Made by a program: the position numbers and the translations under genes
Part shown: positions 13,110 through 26,835 of the stretch, in pieces
Layout: each line of letters starts with the position of its first letter
Position numbering within the stretch: position 1 is the first letter of the stretch
The notes under the pieces: generated by a model
The model's database searches: none
Told to the model about the DNA's origin: nothing
What the model saw: the letters and a program-made list of their open reading frames with translations, nothing else
Assembly: GCA_964016885.1 (NCBI GenBank)
Contig: OZ024742.1
Coordinates: 132,990,001-133,054,000, forward strand
Length of the DNA stretch: 64,000 bases
Source of the DNA: Eledone cirrhosa
Lineage: Eukaryota
Reading direction: 5' to 3'

Positions 13110-13890
13110 ACATGGAAGCCAACGGTGATTGTGCACTAAATGGAAGCAAACCCCACTGCATGGGCTATGTTCATCATAACAAAGAACCTGATGTAAATCA
13201 AGCACTCACCGATCAGCACCTGCGGAGCTCTGGGCTAAAGGCAGAGAGTGGCGGCTTCATTTTGGTTGCACAAGATCAGTGTGACGCAACGTGCAACTTT
13301 CAAGCTAATGAGATCAGAAATGGAATTGATCACATGCATTGATTATGTAATGACCATGTTGTGACCATTGACCATCTGGCTTCAGGCTGCAACGTATTAT
13401 CTCCTTAAGAATATAAACCGAGACATGATAGACTGGTGAAATTCTTACAATGGGTATTGTGCAGGTTTTGGTGTTTGAAAGGGAGGGAATATGTTACAAC
13501 CACTACCCAGATGGGTGCAGCAACTGGAGGCGAGATCGTAATCGTCCTCTAGGATTACCCTATGAATACTAATAGAACAACCAAGGCAAACAGACCTGAT
13601 ATAATTGTGAATGACCATAAAGAGAAAACATGTTTTTTAATTGACATGATCTCGTAACTTCTCATCGAAGGAGTCCGGAAAGGTCAGTAAGTATAAATAA
13701 CTCTCAACTGAAATTGAGAAACTGTGACATATTAAAGGCCTTTACGATAACAGTGATAGTTGGCTCATTCGGAATAATAGACATGGTTACGGAATGATAT
13801 TTGGAACGGATACCTCGACGGCAAAATATGCACGAGACACAGAGAATAGTGCTGATTGGAACTGTCCATATACTGAGAAGGGCATTATAA
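13110..13890 (+). pseudogene. R4/Dong-clade LINE 3' fragment (zinc knuckle plus restriction-like endonuclease)
   Basis: LRSSGLKAESGGFILVAQDQ, TIDHLASGC, RHDRLVKFLQWVLC, ANRPDIIV, KTCFLIDM, KVSKYK, VIVGSFG across frames. Confidence 0.88.
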
Positions 13891-14207
13891 ATTTAAAAAT
13901 TGTGTAAAGATATTTACTGTTGTTTGTGCACCTGTTGCATCATTTGTATATCAATAGATAATAAAATATATGTATTATCAAATAATGCCTCAGGTGTCAG
14001 GTTGACACTCAGCATGATTAGAGAAAGAAGCAGAACTAAAAGGAAGATGAAAAAAATATATATATAGTACTATTTCTCATTCTTATGCTACATCTTGTCT
14101 AATTCACGGCAAATATGCAATCAACAGTTATAACATATATGTGCCTATGTGTGTCTATATGAATGGCTGTACGTATGACATTATTGTTCGTGTTTAAAAA
14201 GCATTAG

Positions 14208-14395
14208 GTGGATTGGCAGTATCGGTAGAACGTCGGACGCCATGCTTTGTACTAAAGAGTTACGGCCTTTTATGGTCTGATTTCAAATCCTGCCGAGGTT
14301 ATCTTTGCCGTTTATCCTTACGGGGGTGATAAAATAAAGCACCAGTCATACACTGGTATAATTACTGGCCATGTGCCAAAAGTAGAAACAATTAT
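14208..14395 (+). mobile_element. S1 SINE
   Basis: Full-length match to S1 consensus. Confidence 0.9.
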
Positions 14396-14636
14396 TACAG
14401 CTGCTTTCCCAAATACCTCTACATGGAGGTGACTATGACCCTTTCCTCAATGATATTTTAAATGTGATGAATTAAATGAAAATAACAAAATTATATATTT
14501 TCCATTAACTGCTTGCATTAAGTAGGTTTCATGTTTCCTGTATAACTTCATGTCAGCTAATGCTTGGCTAATATATGATTCAATATATTACAGCTGTAAA
14601 CATTGAATTATTTTTCGTTTATCCTAGAAGATATAG

Positions 14637-14786
14637 ATTTAATAAATTAACAAAGGTCTAGGTTTATCGACGACAGGCCAGCTACGGATCGGCGGCGGGT
14701 AACACCCAGTGACATGCACACACACACACACACATACGCAGCGGATGCGGGTGGCTCCACAGCGCTATTTATTTAATAAATTAACA
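14637..14786. mobile_element. 118 bp GC-rich insert flanked by a 16 bp direct repeat (putative TSD)
   Basis: ATTTAATAAATTAACA at 14637-14652 and 14771-14786. Confidence 0.65.
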
Positions 14787-17003
14787 GAATATATACTAAC
14801 ATATATTTGGAAAATATATGTTAGGAAATGATGTTGTATTGAAAATTCCTTGTAATTGGTGTTTAAACACAAACGTCTATCAGTATCTACCAGTACCTGA
14901 TGAAATACATGTCACTTAAACATGTATTCGTTTAATCTACATTTCTGTACATCAAATATTGTCGATCCAACCCAAGGTTGAGAGTAGTATTTTGTTATTG
15001 CTTTTATTATTACCTTTATTATAATCAATTGAAATATTAGAGAATAATATTTATTAAATCATCCGCGATCTTTCCCGACATTTGTGACATTATATCAGTC
15101 ATCGATAAATATCAATATTTTCCCAATAATCAAGTATTGAACATAATAACGGCAGTCAAATGTAGCACTCTTGTATACATATTTATATTTGACAATTTTA
15201 AGCACGTACCAAAGACCGAATAAAAATATCTATTTTCTGCAATAATGTAGTTAAGATAACAATAAAATCTTATATCAATAAAAGATGATCTAAAATGAGA
15301 AATAATTGAAGATAATTTTATTTAAGTTTTACAATCAAAAATTCATCTGAATTGGTGAACTGTGCTCAGATGCAGTATTGATGCTAACTCTAACAAGAAA
15401 AATACAACAGGGAAGATGAATCAATGATCGTGTCTCAGAGTATTAGAAATAAGACACCCATGTGGAGCCAAGGAGAAATAAGCTAAGATTGTCATAAAAA
15501 ATAAATGAAGTTACAATGAAATCTTGGTGAAATCAAGGTCTGCCATCTAAAAAGACAAGGACGCACTTCACATGAAGTATTTAAAAAAAGCCTGATTGCC
15601 ATGGCCGGAATGCTTTTAAAAATGGTCTTCTCTAACGCAGTTAACCCGGATTTAAACACGTGCAGCAGCAAGGGGGAACGTTCACTGATAATACAACATA
15701 ACATCAGAAATTAAAAGAACCCGGTTGCTAATATATGACTAGATAAATAAACGTTATTTGGTCATCAAGATCTGAGTGTCTTTGTTTGTCACCACAATTC
15801 ACCATGAGAATAATTTCAGCTAAAAAAATCAAATAGATGAACAATATAAAAACCCTGTTTTTTACGAGAAAATGGTGTCAGACAATATATTCGCAACTTC
15901 TATGAATAAACAAGATCATGCCAAGACATACGTACATACATATATTAAGTTACGTATTTCTACTAATATAATTGCGATGCTAAAGGGTTGAATAAAATTC
16001 CATTTATAGAGATGTGTAAATTGACATATATCACTCAGATTAATGAGGGACTCAGATTAATGAGGGATTAATGAGCCTATTTCCAAGCGGAAATATATTT
16101 CAAGCATTTAGGTGTACCAATGTGCGGGAGCTTCATCGTCGAACAAAATGATACAAATTCCTCTAGAAAATCAACTTGCCGTTTTCGAATATAATACTTC
16201 ATAATTTTAAAAGGAAAAAACAAAACTAGAGAAAAATCGAGATAACGGCTGAGAAACTAATTCAAAATTGAATTATATGTCCTTATCACAATTATAAACA
16301 TTCTATGATTAAATACATATAAAAATGTTCAAAGTAATTGAAATATCAAAGTAAGTAGTTTATGTATTTTCCGGATTAGGTATTTTAACAAACATGAGTA
16401 CAGTAGTTTTACTAGTGGTGAACGTGTCCCTCATGGACATATGCAATTACATATGTGCATGAATGAATACAAGTTGCTATTAACTTCAATGTCGAACAGA
16501 TGACATGTCTGTAAGAATAATAACATCAGATTTTAGCAAAGTAGTAAATACAATTATTTAGAACTCATACATACATTTAAATAATTCCTGTATACCTTTA
16601 CAGAACCATGTTTGTTTAGGTTGGTACGAAGATGTGAATATTTGAAGACTAATTAAATTTATCATACTTTCCAAAGGTAATAATTTCCTGTCTGTACATA
16701 TTAGCTTAGGTAGACGAATGCAAGAATACAGAAGGAAAATTAGAGGTGGATGAATGGTTATTACGTAAATATATTCAAGTGAGCTTAGGAAAATGAGGAA
16801 ATAAATATGGATATATATAATCATTTCATCAAGTACAATGTCGAAGAAACCGAATGTATGCATAAGCATTAAAGTGTTCTTAGAAAATTAGCATACATAA
16901 CTTTTGAATATAATGCACGTTATAAAAGAAAAAAGAAAAAAAATGTAATTTACTATAGAAATATTTGGTAATGTAAATCAATTTGTGAAACATGAAATGA
17001 AAC

Positions 17004-17079
<76 letters not shown>

Positions 17080-17297
17080 CTGTGTGTGTGTGATTATGGC
17101 TACATATACATAGGGAAATATTAATGAAGATTTGACGATGCACACAACGTTTTATAAAGAAGCATCGTTTACAATATACAGCGAAGAATAAATTTACTAT
17201 TACAAATATTAAGTAGTATTTTCAAAGATAGCTAAGTTTTCAAAAATAGACATATGCTCATATCACAACACACACATGCACACACATATATATATTT

Positions 17298-17359
<62 letters not shown>

Positions 17360-18466
17360 TCGTATACATAGCTTCTCTTGATTATCAATTAGTTATAATA
17401 GATAGAGACAATATTAATATTTCAGTAAATTAAAGTAATGAGTACAATACATGAGACACATACGTTCATATTTATTGCGATGCTTTCTAAAATGAAATAG
17501 GTTGTATTTATAAACGTATTTCATCATACAGCAAACACTAGAGAGGTAAAGTAGATTATTTGTATTTAGTTATGAATAAAAGAGGCTCAACTATACATAA
17601 TTGTTCGAAAGAGTTGCAGATGTTTGTGTTGTGAAATGTGTGGCAAACTTAGAAACAACAAAATCACAAGGAAGAAAAGATAAGGTAGATGGTCCTTACA
17701 CAATATAATTTCTGTTATCTATACGGGTGCGGAAAAGTAAATACATTGAAATGTACAGGATGTAAACCATTTTTGATAATGTGTATGTGTCAGTGTAAAT
17801 ATTGTTTGTATAGCTATTTTAGTAATTAAATTGCAATTAATGTTTAAATTACGAGTCGATTTATTAGTTCTGGAGTCAAGAAAATATACCGTCTACTACA
17901 CTTAATGTATTATTCGTGACAAAGGAAAATCATGGTAGTATTAATCTTTCATCGAATATACAATAACAATTAGAGTACGAGGCGATATTTCTATATCTAT
18001 ATAGTCTCTTCAGCCATGGAGGTTTTTCATGTTTTCATTATTCATTGAATTTGTTTTGCTGTTTTTATTCCCAGCTTGCATAAGCACACCTGGAATGCAT
18101 TAAGGGTGAATGTAGCGAAAATAGAATCGTAAAACAAAATAGCAGAGGAAAGGTATATATCATCTCTACATGCAACAAACCACAACGATGTTAACAGCTA
18201 AACAGCTGTTTCAAACAGTCGTCTTCATTATCCGATATTTATCATTACCACCAACTGTATCACAGCTAACATTATCTTCAGCAATACAACAATACCTATC
18301 CCCCCCCCCCTCATCTTATCATCATTATCATCGACATCATCCTCAACATCACAATCATTATCGTTCTTAGCAGCTGGATTGATACTAATAGAATTTATTC
18401 ATTACCACTAAACTCATCACCACCACCACAACCACTAAATCCGAAATCACCATCATCGCCATTTAG

Positions 18467-18578
<112 letters not shown>

Positions 18579-18657
18579 AGAGTTAACCTAATAAACCATT
18601 ATTTGTCTGACTCTGTTTTTGTTCCCGTTCAAATTTTCACTATATATATATATATAC

Positions 18658-18734
<77 letters not shown>

Positions 18735-18736
<2 letters not shown>

Positions 18737-19337
18737 TATTAGAATTGGTGCCCTGAAATACCGATCTATATATGAATGTATGTATAATATATATGACAAG
18801 ATACCGTATGTTTAATTTAAAACATTTTGAAGACCATACGCTATCAGTTTTAAAGTAGTGACTATGTCACTTACTTCTTTTCGGCGAAAGAAGGGAGAGA
18901 AGCTAACAGTCTGTTTACATGCTGTTGTCGTTCATCGGAGCCACGCATTCCCTGCTTTCGCCGAAAATTATGGTCTTCAAAATGTTTTTAATTAAACATC
19001 ACGGTATATTGCCAAATATACTATACATACATTATTGTATACATCGCTGTTTCAGAGCGCCAATCCTAATACCTAATATTTGCTGGACCGGCAATCGCTC
19101 TGTGTAATCAGCTCCAGATTAATACTGGAATCCAGCTTCTATAATTGTCAGTGCAAGCAAGGAGTGTGTGGCTCTGATGATCGCGAACAAGGTGAAACAG
19201 ACTGTTAGCTTTTCTCCCTTCTTTCGCCGAAAATAAGTAAGTGACATTGTCACTACTTTAAAACCGATAGCGTATGGTCTTCAAAATGTTTTCAATTAAA
19301 CATACGGTATATTTCCAACTATACTATACATACATTC

Positions 19338-19340
<3 letters not shown>
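18735..19340. mobile_element. Retrozyme-like family C: inverted copy plus >1 tandem monomer (~304 nt) in (AT)n
   Basis: TGGTCTTCAAAATG at 18971 and 19275; 18735-18960 is inverted relative to the rest; HHRs at 18901-18942(-) and 19170-19210(+). Confidence 0.85.
19170..19210 (+). ncRNA. Type I hammerhead ribozyme (family C)
   Basis: GGCT-CTGATGA-tcgcgaacaaggt-GAAA-CAG a CTG-TT-AGCT; stem II weak. Confidence 0.7.
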
Positions 19341-19398
<58 letters not shown>

Positions 19399-19800
19399 GA
19401 TATTAACAAATGTAAACTATATTTATAAAACCAGATTTGTTTCATTATACATATTTCAAGGACACCAAGTTAAATTGTGGTGTGCTTTCAACAGATAATA
19501 TATAATATAGAGCAGTTTTATTATACTGTTGGAAGGTCCGGGAGCTTCCAACAGTAATGGTTACATTATTTAAGGGAATGTCAATATTTATTTATAAAAC
19601 TGCTCTATATTATATTTTATCTAATGAAAGCACACCATAATTTAACTTGGTGTCCTTGAAATATGTATAATGAAATAAATCTGGTTTTATAAATGTAGTT
19701 TCCATTTGTTAATATCGTATTTTTACTCCAATTATTTGTTGAGTGCTTTATATCAGTTAAAAAATTATTTGCTTGTTGTATCCCAACAATTTAAATAGAA
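19399..19800. mobile_element. PLE-like family B fold-back with two mirrored HHRs (19444-19500 -, 19614-19676 +)
   Basis: 19399-19521 inverted at 19592-19718; cores CTGTTGA and CTAATGA (consensus CTGATGA), stem II AAGCACACCA/TGGTGTCCTT, then GAAATATGTA. Confidence 0.82.
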
Positions 19801-19811
19801 CTTTTACATAT

Positions 19812-19995
19812 ATATATATATATTTCGTTTCTGAATTTGTTTAGCAAGATTCTTTATCTGAAATCGTGTGTTGAAACCGATATTGTTATACTTTGGGAGG
19901 GTCATGTTGCCAATAAGAAACACACGCACCAGTGCGTGTATTTCACTGGTGCGTGTGTTTCTTATTGGCAACATGACCCTCCCAAAGTATAACAA
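19812..19995. mobile_element. PLE family A terminus with perfect fold-back
   Basis: 19880-19933 inverted at 19944-19997; matches the 20636-20710 terminus. Confidence 0.8.
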
Positions 19996-20039
19996 TATAT
20001 ATATATATATATATATGTATATACATACATAGAAATAAG

Positions 20040-20300
20040 GCACGTGTCTTAGAATTAAGAGACCTGGATTCACAGTCGTGATGTTGTAGAGAGTTTGATT
20101 TTCACAGGAGCAAACCATTGTTTTACACTGCTTCAGTTCACTTAGCTTTAGAGATGAGTTGATGTCACATGATCAACATCGTTGGCGTGGCGAAGGTAGA
20201 CTGGTATGCATAGGTGACTGCTGGTGTTTCATAGAAAACAACTGACCGAGGCTTGTGTGTCGAAGGGACACTTTATAGAAGCAAATACATGGCTATTCAT
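20040..20300 (+). mobile_element. Highly diverged SINE-like repeat
   Basis: GAGCAAACCATTGTTTTACACTGCTTCAGTTCACTTAGCT resembles the S2 middle domain. Confidence 0.35.
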
Positions 20301-20490
20301 TAATATATGGCTCATAATAGTGTGGATATGGAAATATGTTTCAGCAACTTCGATGTAATTTTACTGGCTGACGATTTACATCAACAAGAACGTCTCTGAC
20401 ATTATCATTGGCTATTGAGAGATCTGAGACAGATTAAAATATGCAAGGTACGATAATATTATGTTTAACATATAATAAAATATTCTTTCA

Positions 20491-20612
<122 letters not shown>

Positions 20613-20635
20613 TATATATATATATATATATATGA

Positions 20636-21759
20636 ATTAGTTTAGCGAGGTTTTTTTATATGAAATCGCGTGTCGAAACAGATATTGTTATACTTGGGGA
20701 GGGTCATATTTGCGTAATATTGCCAGAATTAATAACAGAACACACTCACTGTTTGGTTGGTTTTCGCTTCTCGCTGTCTTTTATATCTGCGATCTAACTT
20801 ACTCGGTCCTCAATGTTGCCATTGACTGACCGACGGTCAAAAATAATACAGATACAATATAGACACAAACACATATATATAGTTTACATAATTTACATAA
20901 ATCTTTCGTTGCACATCTGCAACATCGTCAGTGGTGTTATATTCTTTGTTCCTCCTGTTGTGTTGTATGTCTACGCCATTTTTTATTCAGTCTGTCTATA
21001 TATTTATTTATTTATTTGCTTGTTTGTTTATCTTATTTTATTTTGTCTTCTTTGCGCATGCGTTTGCGTGTGTGTATAGTGTTATGTGTGCTGTGTGACT
21101 AGTGTGTATAGTGTTGTGTCTGCTGGGTGACTAGTGTGTGTTTATTTGCTTGTTGTTATTGTGTATGTATTTATTTATCTTATTTTATTTAATTTTATTT
21201 ACTTATTTATACTTCTCTTAGGTCAGTGTTGTTTGTTTGGGTGTTGTTGTTGTTCCACTCATTCTTTCTGTTTAGCTTTGGTCTTCTAATTTCTATTTCA
21301 CTGGCCTCTCTGATTTGCCTATCTGCTGGGTCATTCCTATGTTTAGATATTATTCTAATTTCTATGTTGTCTAGGTTACCGTCATGTTGTTGTCTAGCAT
21401 GTTCTTATAGTACTGACCCGTTTTTTCGTCCTTTTAGTTCCCCCCAGTGTTGGTCTATGCTTTCACCTATGCTACGAGCTGTCTCACCTATGTATGTTGT
21501 TGTCATGTTTCTGCAAGTACCCTCTGTACATCTTATGCTATAGACTACGTTTCTAGTTTTACAGTTTATCCAGGGGTTCACCTTACATATGATACATTTC
21601 CTATTGGTACAGTGGGTTTTCTTAAAAGGGAAGGTTTTACTGATCAGGGATTTTATGGTGGTTCATGGCTTTTCTACCACCTTTATTTTTAAGTGGGTCT
21701 TTCTCAAGGCCTTTCTACACTGGTTAGCTAATTTCCCTCCAGGGGTGGCGTCCACAAAA
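20636..21759 (-). mobile_element. Penelope-like element family A: 3' ORF end plus pseudo-LTR with HHR (20895-20936)
   Basis: GIY-YIG coding end followed by ~570 bp non-coding repeat ending in (AT)n; CTGACGA-T-GTTGCA gatg TGCAAC-GAAA. Confidence 0.9.
21207..21759 (-). pseudogene. PLE linker plus GIY-YIG endonuclease with 2 in-frame stops
   Basis: FVDATPGGKLANQCRKALRKTHLKIKVVEKP*TTIKSL..HCTNRKCIICKVNPWINCKTRNVVYSIRC..TYIGETARS..VL*EH..H..RQIREASEIEIRRPKLNRKNEW (manual translation). Confidence 0.92.
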
Positions 21760-22030
21760 TTTGAACGAAATCGGTTGAAGAATGTGGGAGCTAGATCCGA
21801 AAAGGCGGAAATTTGAGCTAAAAGGTGGTATTTTCGAATATTTAAGAGGCTGCCACGCCATTTCTGAACAACAAATTTAACATATAAAGCTATTACAGGA
21901 TTTGCAATCATATATTCTATTTTGCTTGAGAGTTTGAACGAAATCGGTGACAAAATGTGGGAGCTAGAGCCAACGATCTTATTTTTCGATACCTAAAAAA
22001 AGGTAACCGCCCTATCGATTTTTATCTGCA
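21757..22030. repeat. Unclassified repeat with internal duplication (possible Helentron/MITE-type fragment)
   Basis: TTTGAACGAAATCGGT...ATGTGGGAGCTAGA occurs at ~21760 and ~21933; truncates the PLE ORF. Confidence 0.4.
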
Positions 22031-22220
22031 GAATTACCCCGGAATAAAACAAAAAATGATACGCTGTTATATGGAAAACAGTCCCCGATGACTAAACTAT
22101 GAGCCTGTAAAGTTTCATTGGAATTGGTTGTAAGATGTAGGCCCCTATAGGTAATACACAGGCACACAGACACACACACACAAACACATATACTTAATTT
22201 TATATATATATATATATATA

Positions 22221-22400
22221 ACAAAGAGGGTGTGGTAAGATACGCGGTGGACCATAACGCACCAGAGTACTCAATACTGAGGGTAGTAGAGTGGATAATA
22301 GGAAAAGAGTTAGCACTCCGATGGCTGATCTCCGGCCTTTTCGCACATATCTCTCTGTGTACTCCTCAGATATGTGTTAACATGTAGACTGACGTCTACA
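22221..22400 (-). mobile_element. PLE-like family L with HHR-like motif (22313-22376)
   Basis: GGACCATAACGCACCA..TACTCAATACT shared with 26178-26370, 41401-41477 and 53895-54031; CTGAGGA-GTACA..TGTGC-GAAA-AGGC..GCCATC. Confidence 0.65.
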
Positions 22401-22450
22401 TGTAATTAAATATGTATATAACGCAACACTGATTCTTTGTTCAATTACAT

Positions 22451-22642
22451 AGGGCGGTGGATTGGCAGTATCGCTAGAGTGTCGGACGCCATGCATTGAG
22501 GCATAGAGTTACATCCTTCTATCATCTAAGTGAAAAATCTCGCCGAGGTTAGCTTCGAATTTCATCCTTATGGGGTCGATAAAATAAAGTACCGGTAATG
22601 TACTGAGTATTTGCTGGTCTTGTCCCAAAAGTAGAAACAATT
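22451..22642 (+). mobile_element. S1 SINE
   Basis: Match to S1 consensus. Confidence 0.88.
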
Positions 22643-22652
22643 ATATATATTT

Positions 22653-23106
22653 ATATATGGATGTATATATAATGTATTTTGCAATACACTTTATGCTTAA
22701 TTAAAAGCATTTTGAAGACCGTAAGCTATTGTTTTAAAGTAGTGACAAATTCACTCACTTTGATCTCAGCAAACAGGGGAGATAAGCCGACATGACATGT
22801 TTCGCTTTGGTTGAAGCTTATCAAGGCCAACTACCCCACCTGTCTACTGAGATCAATGATGTTATATTCTTATAGAAATCTAGTAAATAATCAGGAGCTG
22901 ATTATGCAGAGCGGTTGTTGGTCAGGCAGAAATTAAAAATTAGAATTGGAGCTCTGAAATAGCAATATATATATGGATGTATATAACGTATTTTGCAATA
23001 CACTTTATGCTTAATTAAAAGCATTTTGAAGACAGTAAGCTATTGTTTTAAAGTAGTGACAAATTCACTCACTTTGATCTCAGCAAACAGGGGAGATAAG
23101 CCGACA
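22653..23106 (-). mobile_element. Retrozyme-like family C, ~1.4 tandem monomers (period ~314)
   Basis: 22653-22792 repeated at 22969-23106; HHR 22785-22828 GGCC-TTGATAA-GCTT caacca AAGC-GAAA-CATGTCATG-TC-GGCT. Confidence 0.85.
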
Positions 23107-23137
23107 ATATATTTATAGTATTAATATATATCTATAC

Positions 23138-23219
<82 letters not shown>

Positions 23220-23238
23220 CATTAATATATATCTATGC

Positions 23239-23327
<89 letters not shown>

Positions 23328-23344
23328 TTTTATTTTATAGAAGG

Positions 23345-23395
23345 AGCTTCTACAGGACTAGTACTGTTTCATTCAGATGAAATCTTCAGGAAGCT
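23345..23395 (-). ncRNA. Type I hammerhead ribozyme, intact core
   Basis: AGCTTC-CTGAAGA-TTTCA tc TGAAT-GAAA-CAG tactagtc CTG-TA-GAAGCT; near the (AT)n edge of a ~480 bp element (23335-23815). Confidence 0.85.
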
Positions 23396-24317
23396 GGGTG
23401 TCATATTAAGTTCTGGTATTTATACATTTAGGTAGTGGTAAGGGAGGGGTGGTGGAAGGGGGGTGGGGGGAGGTTGGGGGGATGGTATTTAGGTACACAG
23501 GACCACTTCATGGCACAGGCCGTTTTTTCTTTGGGGAGTGGTCAATTAGCCAGAGTGCTTTTTTGAAATAAATAAATAAGTAAATAAATAAATAAATAAA
23601 TAAATAGATAAAAGAATAAATAAAGAAAATAAATAAAAAATAAATGAATAAAAATAAATAAATAAAAACCCCAAGAATAGTAATTCAACAGATTATATAG
23701 TAGGGAAATTTAGGTGGGTTGGTAATAGAAATTAAACATTTAACAAGACCGAATCATGACACAGACTGGGGTGACTGGTCAAGTTAACATACAAGCCACA
23801 GGTGGCCAGAGTGTTTTTATGATATATATATTTTATATATATATATATATAAATCTATGAAAATGGAAATGTCTGTATGTCTGTCTGTGTGTGTGTGTAT
23901 GTATGTATATGTGTGTGGGTGTCTCTTCCGCAGAAACCTTTGATCTGCAAGGCCGATTTTCAAGATATTTTTGTATTCAACCACAAATGTGTCAGGGCAG
24001 GTCGGCACGATGTTGCAAATGATCAAATTCCCTTTTCTCCTGGGAAAAGATCGATAAAACTGACAATAGGTACGAATTTGAACAGAAAAAAATCTCTCTA
24101 TCTATAAAAATGAAAAAGAAAGAGTGAGAGTGAAAGAAACAGACAGACTAAAAGAGGGGGATAGCGGGAGAGAGAGAGAGATAGATAGAGATAGAGAGAG
24201 AGAGAGAGCAAAAGTCGCTGTCTTTGATACATGACAGTGGAAGAGGGGAAGGAAAACTATAACTAATTAACATGTGTGCGTGTGTGCGTGCGCGTGTGTG
24301 TGTATGTGTTCATCGTT

Positions 24318-24392
24318 ACGGGTTCGATGAAATAAGACACCAGTAATACACTGGGAAAATTACTGGCCTTGTGCCAAAAGTAGAAACAATTA
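24318..24392 (+). mobile_element. S1 SINE 3' fragment
   Basis: TTACGGGTTCGATGAAATAAGACACCAG...GTAGAAACAATT. Confidence 0.8.
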
Positions 24393-24467
24393 TATATATA
24401 TTTATATATATAAATATATATACATATATAAATATACATATATATATATGTATATATGTATATATGA

Positions 24468-24506
<39 letters not shown>

Positions 24507-24616
24507 CACACACACATATGTGTGTGTATATGTGTTTGTGTGTGAGTGTATGCCTGTGTGTGTGTTTCACGCGCGTGCGCGTGCATGTATATTTATATAT
24601 ATATATATATATAAAT

Positions 24617-24699
<83 letters not shown>

Positions 24700-25136
24700 G
24701 GGATATGATATAAGGAGCGGCAAAATGTTTCCGACAAATAATGAACACATCCCTAATTATCGAACCCCCATCCCCCCACACCCACACACACACACACCAA
24801 CAGAAAAATAAATGCTTTTTAAAATAAAATGCAATTGGCTATGGCGTTTCAAAATATCTCCGAAATGTTCTAATGAGAGAGACGATTCATTCAATGTTCT
24901 TTAGACAATTGTATACACACTTCCACACAACTTTAAGATTTCTTCGTTGTTAGATTTCAATGCTACATTTATGATTGCATGTGTTAGTATGGCAATAAGT
25001 GTTATGGCAGACTGCAGGAAATGTTAATGGAGGAAATTGAATGACACGAAAAAAGTAAATAAGAATAATTATTATTTCTATATTTATTTATGTTTCATTT
25101 ATTTATAAAATATGATATAATTGAAATGCAGGCTGA

Positions 25137-25152
25137 AGAGAGAGAGAGAGAG

Positions 25153-25242
<90 letters not shown>
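25137..25242. repeat. (GA)n microsatellite
   Basis: Direct reading. Confidence 0.97.
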
Positions 25243-25246
<4 letters not shown>

Positions 25247-26177
25247 GGTGAATGAATGATGAGTATGGACAGATAAAAAGTGATAAGGTGAAAGTGATGG
25301 ATAGAAAGAGTTGGGAATAAAAATAATTTCGAATTAGAATTGAATCTTAAACTATTCTAAAACAGCCAATAAAAAAACTATAAAAAAAAAGACAAGGCAT
25401 TAGAAGTGACCAATAGAAAATAAATACGTACATCTATATATGAAGTATCAGCCCCCCAAATCGGAAAACCGGTCGCCAATAATGAATATAATCCGTTTTC
25501 TCAAATGCCAAAGGAAGTTGATTCAAATTTTAACCAACTAGAAGGTTAATTTAATCAGCCTTATTTTTGGAGTTACAGTCTGAAGTGGTGCCAGGGATTG
25601 ATTGTTCTGTCTGAATGTGACAGAAGATTTCTTAGACATGTGGCTGCCTCATCCGTTTAATGTTTGGTCTTCAAGTCTTCAAATATAGTGCAGGAGACTT
25701 GTTTCTGTCAAGTGTGAAATTTATTCCGTTATAGAGAGAAAGTTAATTAAAGCTATGTGCACAAGTTTCTAAGTGATTGCAGGACAAGCCAATGCGATGT
25801 CAACTTCGCAGCTGCACTTTCGAATCGATTGATGGATAAGTACTCTACCTTTCACACGGCTAGTTACAGAGATAACGTGTGGAAGGGAGGGGCAGAGATA
25901 CATGCACACAGAAAAGCAGATAGTGGGACAGACATGCATATATATATTCGCGTGTGTGAGTATATATACATGGTATTATGTAATATAAGTGGGTGTAACC
26001 TTTATGCTTACATATAAACATACATACATAAATGTATGTAGGTATGTACGTATGTATAAATGCATGTATGTATACATGTAAGTAGGTAGGTTGGTATACA
26101 TATATATATATATATATATACATGTATGTATACATATATATGTACATATATAAATGTATATATATATATATATATAT

Positions 26178-26488
<311 letters not shown>

Positions 26489-26651
26489 ATGTGTGTATTC
26501 ATATGTGAGTGTGTGTATGTATATATGTATTCATGTATGTATGTGACTACGTATGGATGTATACAAATCATATTTAAGAAATACTTGATTGGCAAGTGTG
26601 AAATCTCTATAAAACAAGAAACAGGGGCAGAAATATTGCATGAGGGACATA

Positions 26652-26835
26652 TTTGTTTCTACTTTAGGCACAAGGCCAGCAATTACCCAGTTCATTATTG
26701 GTACTTTATTTTATCGACCCCGTAAGGATGAAAGGAAAAGTCAACCTCGGCCGGATTTGAACTCAGATCGTAAAGGGACGTAACTATGCTGGAAAGCATG
26801 GCGTCCGACCCTCTACCGATACTGCCAATCCACCG
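26652..26835 (-). mobile_element. S1 SINE, young
   Basis: Near-consensus match. Confidence 0.92.

Noticed and set aside
21663-21665. In-frame TGA in the PLE ORF as possible selenocysteine (reported for some Naiad PLEs)
   Set aside because: Falls at VVEKP*, most simply GGA>TGA at a Gly rather than a Cys position; the copy also has a TAA stop (21405-21407), so it is decayed; no SECIS identified
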